Translations under genes and position numbers: made by a program
Assembly: GCA_013416795.1 (NCBI GenBank)
Contig: RQSC01000857.1
Span: 1-20,158 of the forward strand
Direction: 5' to 3'
Source: Prasinococcaceae sp. CCMP 1430
Lineage: Eukaryota > Plantae > Prasinodermophyta
Length of the DNA: 20,158 bases
The notes under the pieces: model-generated
Told to the model about the DNA's origin: nothing
The model's database searches: none
What the model saw: the letters and a program-made list of their open reading frames with translations, nothing else
Part shown: positions 1-6,940 of the stretch, in pieces
Layout of the letters: every line of letters starts with the position of its first letter
How positions within the stretch are numbered: the first letter of the stretch is position 1

Positions 1-70
1 GCGCGCGGCCGCGGGGGCGGGCGTGGGGTGGTCTGCGGAAGACTGGGGCGGGGAGAGAGCGGCGGGGGGC

Positions 71-224
71 ATGGGCCGCAAGGCGGTCGCCGCGCAGCGC
101 GGCCTGCTCGACGCGGTCCGGCGCCGCCTGCTCGACGTAGCCATCTTCGCCGTGTGGGCGCTGCTGAGCGCTGCCGACGTCGCGCTCACGCTGCTGCTCG
201 CGGCGTACCGGGCCGCGCGTACAG
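71..224 (+). CDS. Probable true N-terminus of the AIFM2/FSP1-like gene (ATG at 71; MGRKAVAAQRGLLDAVRRRLLDVAIFAVWALLSAADVALTLLLAAYRAART), including a hydrophobic segment
   Basis: Bases 118-224 are identical to 750-856. Collapsing the two copies joins ATG 71 in frame to the oxidoreductase. The second copy has no ATG of its own and starts right after the single N at 749. Confidence 0.6.
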
Positions 225-856
225 AGGCCGCGAGGCGGGGCTTCGGCCGCGCCCGCGGCCGCGCAGCGCAGCACTGCGTCCGGCCGCCGGGGTGCTGCGT
301 GACGACCGCTCTCGTCTGTCCTGCACCACCGGCAGTCTCGTTCTCAGCACAAAAAGACAAACTCTCTGGCCGAGCGTCGTGTTGCTTTTTGTCTGTGCGC
401 CGCCCAGCCAGAGGCTGGCCCTCGGTCGCTTTCGCTTTTTGCCGTCGTGTGGATGTGTGACTCTTCGTCGGATGATGCGAGGCGCGCGCGTGCTCGCGTT
501 CCCACCGTGGCGCTTCGTCGCAAGGCTCGGTGATATGACTCTGACCGACTGACGGGTGCGCACGTGCGTGCGTGGCGCGCCGTCGAGATGCCCCCCTCCG
601 CCCACCGCGCACCCGTCGCGCCTGCTGCCCCCCACCCCACCCGTCGCCCCTCGGGGGCGTCCCACCCCCTTCCACGCAAGCGCGCACGGACGCGCGGCGC
701 GTGGGGGGGGGCACTGTGATGCGGGCTGGCGGCGCGCAGCGGCAGGCGNCCGGCGCCGCCTGCTCGACGTAGCCATCTTCGCCGTGTGGGCGCTGCTGAG
801 CGCTGCCGACGTCGCGCTCACGCTGCTGCTCGCGGCGTACCGGGCCGCGCGTACAG
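118..856 (+). repeat. 107-bp exact direct repeat (118-224 and 750-856, offset 632)
   Basis: Base-by-base identity from ccggcgccgcctgctcgacgtag to gcgcgtacag. The second copy abuts the N at 749. Confidence 0.95.
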
Positions 857-2352
857 CGGCGCTCGTGGCCGCCGGCGCGCGCTCCACGCCGCCGGGTGCG
901 GCGCCGCTCACCGCCGCCCGCGCGCGCGTGGTGATCGTGGGCGCGAGCTTCGCGGGCATCGCCGCCTACAGAGAGCTGCTGCGCGAGCGCGGCCTCGACA
1001 TCACACTCATCGACTTCAAGGACTACTTCGAGTACACGCCGGGGGTGTTGCGGTGCTTCCCGCAGCCGTCATACCTGCGTAAGATCACCTGCGCGCTGCC
1101 GCGTGCGGTGGGTGCGCTGGGCAACGCGAGCAGTGCGCGCACGCTCATCGGCGAGGTCACCGCGGTCGGCGAGGACGCCGTCCACGTCTCGTGTGCCGAC
1201 GGCACGTCCACAGCGCTTGAGTTCGACTACCTGCTGCTGTGCTGCGGCTCGACATACGCGGGCCCTGTGAAGCCCTCGACGCGCGAGCGCACGTTGGAAG
1301 CCCGCCGCGCAACGTGGGCAGAGAGCGGCCGCGAGCTCGCGGCGGCCTCGCACGTCGCCATCATCGGCGCGGGCGCCGTCGGCGTGGAGCTCGCGGGCGA
1401 GATCCTGTCGACGTACCCAGGGAAGCGCGTCACGCTCATCGACGCCAACAGCGGCGTGCTCAAGGGCTTCGACACGCGGTCGTGCAAGCACTGCGACTCG
1501 TGGCTCCGCGCGCGGGGAGCCGAACTCATGCTCGGGGAGCGCATCACGTCCACCGTGGATGGCGCCATCACGCTCGAGTCCGGGCGCATCGTGCGCGCGG
1601 ACGTCGTCTATCGCTGCACGGGGTGGCAGCCAAACACGGCTCTGCTCGGAAGTGACGGCACAAGCGGCGCTGGCGGAACCTCGTCCTCACCGCTGGCTGT
1701 GTCGCTCGGCGTCCGCGGCGCGGTGGTTGTCAACGACTTTCTGCAGGTGAGCGAGCTGCTGCCTGCACACTCGCTCGCACCGCTCCCTCGATGACCGACA
1801 CCGACGCAGCAGCGCCCCTGTGCCCCCGCCGTCGTCCCTCGCTTTCCTGACGCCGTCTCCGTCCGGCTCACGCCCGCCTGTGTCCCTCTCTCTCGCGCAC
1901 CATGCCCACCTCCCGCCCGCACGTGCGTCTCCTGTGTGCATGCTCAGGTTCCTGGCAACCCGCGAGTTTTCTGCCTCGGTGACATGATGATCCACGAGCG
2001 CAGCTCCGAGCTCAAGCTTGGGCACACGGCCGAGGTGAATGCGCACCTGGCAGCGAAGAATGTGATGCGCATGCAAAGCGCCGAGCCGCTGCTGGCGTAT
2101 CCACGCGGCGTCACTGGCGCCGAAACGACACCAAAGATTTACTGCGTGTCACTCGGCGCGTACGACGCCACGCTCGGCTTCAACTCACTGGTGATGAGCG
2201 GCTTCGTCCCGGCGCTCACCAAGTGGGTCCTCGAGTGGACCAAGGTACAGGCGGCGGCAGGGCGGCCTATAGGCATACTGTTCTGGCAGTTCGGCGACGC
2301 TGTGAGCATGTGGCTAGGCCGCACGCTGCTACCAGCGCCGAAGTCGGCCTGA
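751..2352 (+). CDS. AIFM2/FSP1 (AMID)-like pyridine nucleotide-disulfide oxidoreductase; exons ..1746 and 1948..2352; about 482 aa if joined to ATG 71
   Basis: It has the FAD Rossmann motif VVIVGASFAG, then LIDFKDYFEYTPG, DYLLLCCGSTY and the NADH motif IIGAGAVGVELAGEI. After splicing the GD motif reads VNDFLQ|VPGNPRVFCLGD, followed by KLGHTA. The phase-0 GTGAGC...CTCAG intron joins ORFs 556..1794 and 1936..2352 in frame. Confidence 0.85.
1747..1947 (+). other. Spliceosomal intron, 201 bp, phase 0
   Basis: CAG|GTGAGC donor, C-rich body with CTGAC/CTCAC branch-like motifs, TGCTCAG|GTT acceptor. Removing it restores the conserved LQV.G..VF..GD motif. Confidence 0.9.
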
Positions 2353-2855
2353 GAGCTTTGTTGATGTAGCGTCGGACGTGTGTACAACAAAATGTTACAT
2401 GCGCGCCGCGGCCTCGAGGCACGAATCGACGTCCGCCATGGCAGAAAGCTCGGCCTTAGACAGGCCCACGCCAGCCCGCTGCCTTGCCTGCAACGCGCTG
2501 GCTACTGCCTCGCCCATCTCCTCAAAAAAGGGGCATTACGTAGCATTATGATCGCGGGAAATGCATCGCGCCTGCTTTCGTTTGCGTGTTGATTGCTGGG
2601 CGTTCCCCGTGGGGTGCGGCGATACGACGCCGGCGCGCGCACCGCCACACGCCATGCGGGCGTGGTGGCGCCCCCGCCCCGTCGCTTGGCGGTGACCCAA
2701 GCGCATCCAAGAGGCGCACGCGGCTGCACCCTCGCCCGCGCAAAGCTGCACTCACAGGCACCGCAGACGTCCCCTCACCCCCCCCCCACCACCACCGTGC
2801 TGACGCACCCGCAAAGCCGGGCACGGCGTGAAATCTCGCGAGCGTTCTCGCAGGC

Positions 2856-4127
2856 ATGGGGAGCGGCGCGGGCCGCGCCAACGGCGTCGGCGTGGCTTGC
2901 AACAAGAGCAGCGGCGTCAAGGGGAATTCGGCCGCTGCCGCGGCCGCCGCGCTGTCCGGGCTGCTGCGCGCGTGCGAGGGTGCGCGCTGGGCGCTCGAGA
3001 CGCTGCAGATGCAGGCCTCGGGACAGTTCGGGTCGCTCTCAGCGCGCACAGACGAGCTGGAGAAGGGCGCAGTGCAGCACGCACGCGAGATAGACGCACA
3101 GCTCGCGCAGCTCGCGACCGACGTCGGCACGATGCTGACCGCTGCCGATCACGCGCTGGCAAAGTCGCATGGGAAATGCGCCGAGCTCGCGGCAGCAAAC
3201 GAGGCGCTCGAGCACGACAATCAGTTGCTGCGCGCGCTGCTGCGCAGACACGAGCAGCCCCCCCCCCCCACGCTGCGTAGGGCGCCCACGCCCGTTCGCT
3301 CGCCATCGCGAGCGGTCGCGGCGTCGTCAGTACGAGCATCGGCCGGAGCTGTTGCCGCAGGCGAGCTTGGCGCCTCGCACGAGGAGGCAACCGAGCCCCG
3401 GCACGATGGATTGGCGCAGGCGTCCTCGCCCGCGCGTGAAACCATGCGATCCATGCTGCGCGCGCAGGCGCAGGCAGGCACTCCTCTCGAGCTTGCCCAG
3501 AACGGCGCGTCGCCCGCACGTCCCATGACCTCCACAGCCGCAGCTGCCGCCGCGGCTGCGACCGAACGCAGCACCGCACTGCGCGAAAAGGTCGAGGCAA
3601 TCGTGCGTGCGGCCATCGAGGAGCGGCTAAGCACAGTTGGGGCGCTCGCCGCCCCGCCGCCTCCGCCCCCGACGCAGCTCGCGCTGGCCGGGTATGCGGC
3701 AGCCTCCGCGCCGGCGATGGTGCTGGTGTCCGTGCAAGAGCACTCGACGCCCGCGTCGGTGACAGCCGAGCTTCAGCCGACGACGCTGTTTCCAGGGCCG
3801 ACGCCCTCGGATACGACCCCGTGTGCGAGCGGCTATGACTCCAGCGCACTGCTCGTGACGACGGGTGCACGGGCCGGGCGCATCAGCGGCAGTGGCAGCG
3901 GCAGTGGCGGCGGTGGGGGCGACAGTGACAGTTGTGGAAACGCGTCAACATTGCCCCTGGCACCCAAGTCTGCGCCAGTGCTCGCTCGGGACGACGATGC
4001 GGCGCCTTCAGCATCGGGCGGCGCCATCACAAGCAAGCCTGCCATAAGTGTGCAGAAGCGCAAGGAGCTCATGGCAAGGCTAAGCGCAGCGAAGGCAGAT
4101 AGGATGAATGTAATGGCGCGGGCGTAG
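2856..4127 (+). CDS. Hypothetical protein (423 aa): N-terminal predicted coiled coil, long Ala/Pro/Ser low-complexity region, basic helical C-terminus
   Basis: Long ORF with a heptad-like segment (LSARTDELEKG...LAAANEALEHDNQLLRALL). No family recognised. A possible acceptor (GCTGAC ~2799, CTCGCAG 2847-2853) just before the ATG suggests an upstream exon. Confidence 0.65.
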   Translation: MGSGAGRANGVGVACNKSSGVKGNSAAAAAAALSGLLRACEGARWALETLQMQASGQFGSLSARTDELEKGAVQHAREIDAQLAQLATDVGTMLTAADHALAKSHGKCAELAAANEALEHDNQLLRALLRRHEQPPPPTLRRAPTPVRSPSRAVAASSVRASAGAVAAGELGASHEEATEPRHDGLAQASSPARETMRSMLRAQAQAGTPLELAQNGASPARPMTSTAAAAAAAATERSTALREKVEAIVRAAIEERLSTVGALAAPPPPPPTQLALAGYAAASAPAMVLVSVQEHSTPASVTAELQPTTLFPGPTPSDTTPCASGYDSSALLVTTGARAGRISGSGSGSGGGGGDSDSCGNASTLPLAPKSAPVLARDDDAAPSASGGAITSKPAISVQKRKELMARLSAAKADRMNVMARA

Positions 4128-4312
4128 GCGTCGCTGAAGCCTGCGGCACAGCAGTGAGGGCGGCGGCCGCCGCGCAGGTGCATACTGATGCGTTTGCCCG
4201 CGCATGCGCGAGGACGTAACCCCTGCGTACCTGCACCCGGACGAACGCGAGAGCGCAAGGCTTGGCGCATCTGCGCGGAAGGCTAGTGCCAAAACGCGGG
4301 GTGTCGCGTGGT

Positions 4313-4317
4313 TACAG
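4313..4317 (-). terminator. TGTAA poly(A) signal of TRAPPC12
   Basis: About 105 nt after the stop, on the sense strand. UGUAA is the established chlorophyte poly(A) signal. Confidence 0.6.
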
Positions 4318-4421
4318 TGCCGCTCGATGCGCCGCTGGTGCGTGGGTTCGTGTGCGCGCCAACGTGCGCGTCCGCCCGCCCCTACGTTTTCAAGGCAAGC
4401 GCACGCGCACCCACGTGCTTC

Positions 4422-5537
4422 TTAACTGAGGCGCAGGCACCCCCTGTCAAAATCGTCAGGAGCGGAGGCCGCTATCCACTCCCCAAGCTTCTGCTTTGCC
4501 GCTGTTGGGTCAGCCGACTCGAGCTCGTACATGGAGGCCAGATTGCCAACCACGTCGGTGCTCAGGTATTGCAAGCCATCCTGCAAACGCCCCTCAAGCG
4601 CGCGCACGGCGTCCGGTAGTCGGCGCGAGTACAGCTTGCACACGGCGGCATTGTTGTCAGCGACTGCAGCGTCGCTGCCGCCGCTCGAGCCGTGTTCGCC
4701 GCGCCTCGCTGCGGCCGCTGCCGACTCGAACTTCGCCTCTGCCTCCGCCCACTGTTTGCGCGCTACTGCGAGTAGCCCTGCATGGAGCGCGCGCAGGTAT
4801 TCCGCCGAAGCGCCCTCGCCCGCAGCGGCGTCGGAGCGCTCGAGCAGCTCGCGCGCGGTTGGCACGGCGCCCATCTGCAGGCACGCCATGCCTGCCTGTG
4901 ACAGGCTCCAGGCTGCGTCGGCGCAAACGCAGCGGTCGCTGTCGCTCTCACCACCACCTTCCCTTGCCACCGAGGTGCCCGGCCCCTTCCACGCGAGCTC
5001 GACGAGTCGACCGGCAACCGCCAGAGCAGAGGGGTATTGCGATGCCGCAACGTGGTGCCGAAGCAAATTGGTCAGAATGCGGCGCTGAAGCGCGAGGCCC
5101 TCCGCCGAGGGGCCGTCCGACGCCGTGCCGTCACTGCACGACGCGTCGAGCTCACTGTACAGCCTCGCGAGTGTCTCCTCTCGCCTGCCATCGAGTGCAG
5201 GCAGCTCGGCCCACAAAAGGCGTAGCTCGCGCATGGCCGCGGCCGCAGTGGTGCCGGAGGGGGCGCCCGTGAGGTGCATGGGCACCAGCGTCTGCGACGC
5301 ATCGCCAAGGCCTGCGGAACGAAGCGTCGCGGCAGCCCCCGCCGCATCACCGCAGCGCGCGAGCGCGAGCGCGCGCCACGCCAACGCTGGCGCGCGCGCG
5401 TCGTCCGACGGCGGCAAGCCCTCGAGCAGCGCGCCCGCATCTGCGGCGAGGTCGCGCCACGCACCGCGGCGCGCTAGCGCGCGCAGTGCGGCGACGGCCT
5501 GGCCTGTCGGCGCGGGTGCCACGCCTACGGCAGACAT
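4422..5537 (-). CDS. TRAPPC12: TRAPP complex subunit 12 (TRAPPC12/TTC15)-like TPR protein, 371 aa from ATG 5537
   Basis: The C-terminus NNAAVCKLYSRRL.DAVRALE...NLASMYELES...KQKL..WIA...PDDFDRGCLRLS* matches the characteristic TRAPPC12 ending (NNAAVCLLY...NLTTMYELESS...DSFNTQCLKLA). TPR-like helices lie upstream. Confidence 0.85.
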   Translation of the reverse strand: MSAVGVAPAPTGQAVAALRALARRGAWRDLAADAGALLEGLPPSDDARAPALAWRALALARCGDAAGAAATLRSAGLGDASQTLVPMHLTGAPSGTTAAAAMRELRLLWAELPALDGRREETLARLYSELDASCSDGTASDGPSAEGLALQRRILTNLLRHHVAASQYPSALAVAGRLVELAWKGPGTSVAREGGGESDSDRCVCADAAWSLSQAGMACLQMGAVPTARELLERSDAAAGEGASAEYLRALHAGLLAVARKQWAEAEAKFESAAAAARRGEHGSSGGSDAAVADNNAAVCKLYSRRLPDAVRALEGRLQDGLQYLSTDVVGNLASMYELESADPTAAKQKLGEWIAASAPDDFDRGCLRLS

Positions 5538-5781
5538 CGCCCACGTGCCGAGCGCGCTCACGTGGACACGGGGCACCAGCGACCTTGGCACGTGCTCTTC
5601 TAATTCTCCTTTCCCCCCTTCCCTCCGCCCGCCTCCTCCGCCAGGGGCCCACGAACGCTCGCGCTGTGGCGCCCCCGCGAGCGCTTGCCCTGCCGCGCGC
5701 GAGCAAGGGCACAACAGCCAACAACCAGGAAAAGAATTATGCTACGCGGCGCGACCTGTCCCTCTAGCTCGCCCCACGCTC

Positions 5782-6668
5782 TCAGGGCAGGCCACCCCTG
5801 TATGTACGCCAGAGTGTCATGGCCCCGGCCTCGGCCAGCAGGTCTACCACGAGCTCCCCCTGCGTATTCCCCAGCAGGAGGTCCTCCGCAGAGCCGGGCT
5901 CGAGATCAGCAGTGAGCAAGACGGGATACACCCCGAGGATGGCCGTGAGCTTGAGCTGCGTCGCAAGGATGAGCAGGCCAGAGGCCACCGCGCCCGAACG
6001 GAGCGTCGTGGACAGGGCGGCGTCATTCGCATAGTTCTCGCGCTCGAAAGCCTTTGGTGGAGGCGCCCATGCGTGCACGAGGCGTGAATCGAAACGCACG
6101 GCACGCGTCAGCGGGCTCGGCACCACCGCGGAATGGCCAACCCATGAGCGCGCGGGTGCGTGCGCGCGCATGCGCGCAACAGCGGCTTCGCCCTCACCTT
6201 GCACGCGAGCGCCCCCGCGGTCCAGCAAATTGCAAGCTGCGCGCCGTGCGAAACGATCGCAGGCAGGTATGAGAGGCTCTTCAGGGCCGGTACGCCGAGC
6301 GCGGGCGTGAGCCACATCGGAAGAGGCAGCCTCAGCGCGATGGTCCCGATGGCCAGCGTAGAAGGCACCATCCAGCCGCTCACGAGCGCGTCAGCTATCG
6401 GAAGGCCACGGTCGTCGATGCGCGGCTCGAGAAATCGTCGGGTGAAGGGCTCACTCTCTGGGCCGGGCTTCCCGCCGCCTTCTCTCTCGTCGCCGCCATT
6501 GCTTCTCCCACGGCCCTCCACCTCGCCGCCGCTGGGTCCCTCGCACGCGTGCGCGCACCTCCTGCGCCCTCCGGCCGCGCCGCTGCGCGTGCGCACGCTG
6601 CGCACGGGCGCGCTGCGCACGCGCGCGCGGGAGCATGCCGCGGTGCCTGCAGCGGCGGCGGTCACCAT
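5782..6668 (-). CDS. Uncharacterised, probably plastid-targeted membrane protein, 246 aa; exons 6668..6198 and 6051..5782
   Basis: An Ala/Arg/Ser-rich, acid-poor N-terminus (transit-peptide-like) is followed by LEPRIDDRGLPIADAL and several hydrophobic helices. The intron AAG|GTGAGG...GCTGAC...AAAG|GCT joins ORFs 6108..6791 and 5782..6315 in frame (ALACK|AFERENY). Confidence 0.7.
6052..6197 (-). other. Spliceosomal intron, 146 bp, phase 0
   Basis: GTGAGG donor, GCTGAC branch motif about 50 nt before an AAAG acceptor. Splicing preserves the reading frame. Confidence 0.75.
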
Positions 6669-6933
6669 CGCGCTGCTGCGCTCCTCAAGCGCTGTGCCGC
6701 GCCCCGGCACCCCCTGCCCCCGGCCGAGTGTGGCGCCCCCCCCCCCCGTTTGCCACTGCGTGTGCGCAGCAGGCGCCTGGGCAAGCCGCAAACCCCCGCC
6801 TCACTCGCTCGTGGCGGTGAACCTCCCACGAAACAAAAACACCAGTGGAGCCCGCACTCGCACCCGTCGACCACACAACGCAGAGAATGATGACTCGGAT
6901 CGAGAAACCACGGGAGAGTATACAACGGTAAAT

Positions 6934-6938
6934 TTACA
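6934..6938 (-). terminator. TGTAA poly(A) signal of DDX20
   Basis: 2 nt after the TGA stop, on the sense strand. Confidence 0.5.
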
Positions 6939-6940
6939 AA

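Noticed and set aside
345-398. Imperfect inverted repeat (GCAC..AGACAAA / TTTGTCT GTGC) that could be MITE ends or a hairpin
   Set aside because: Only 7+4 bp with a bulge, no target-site duplication, and not located at the ends of the intervening segment.
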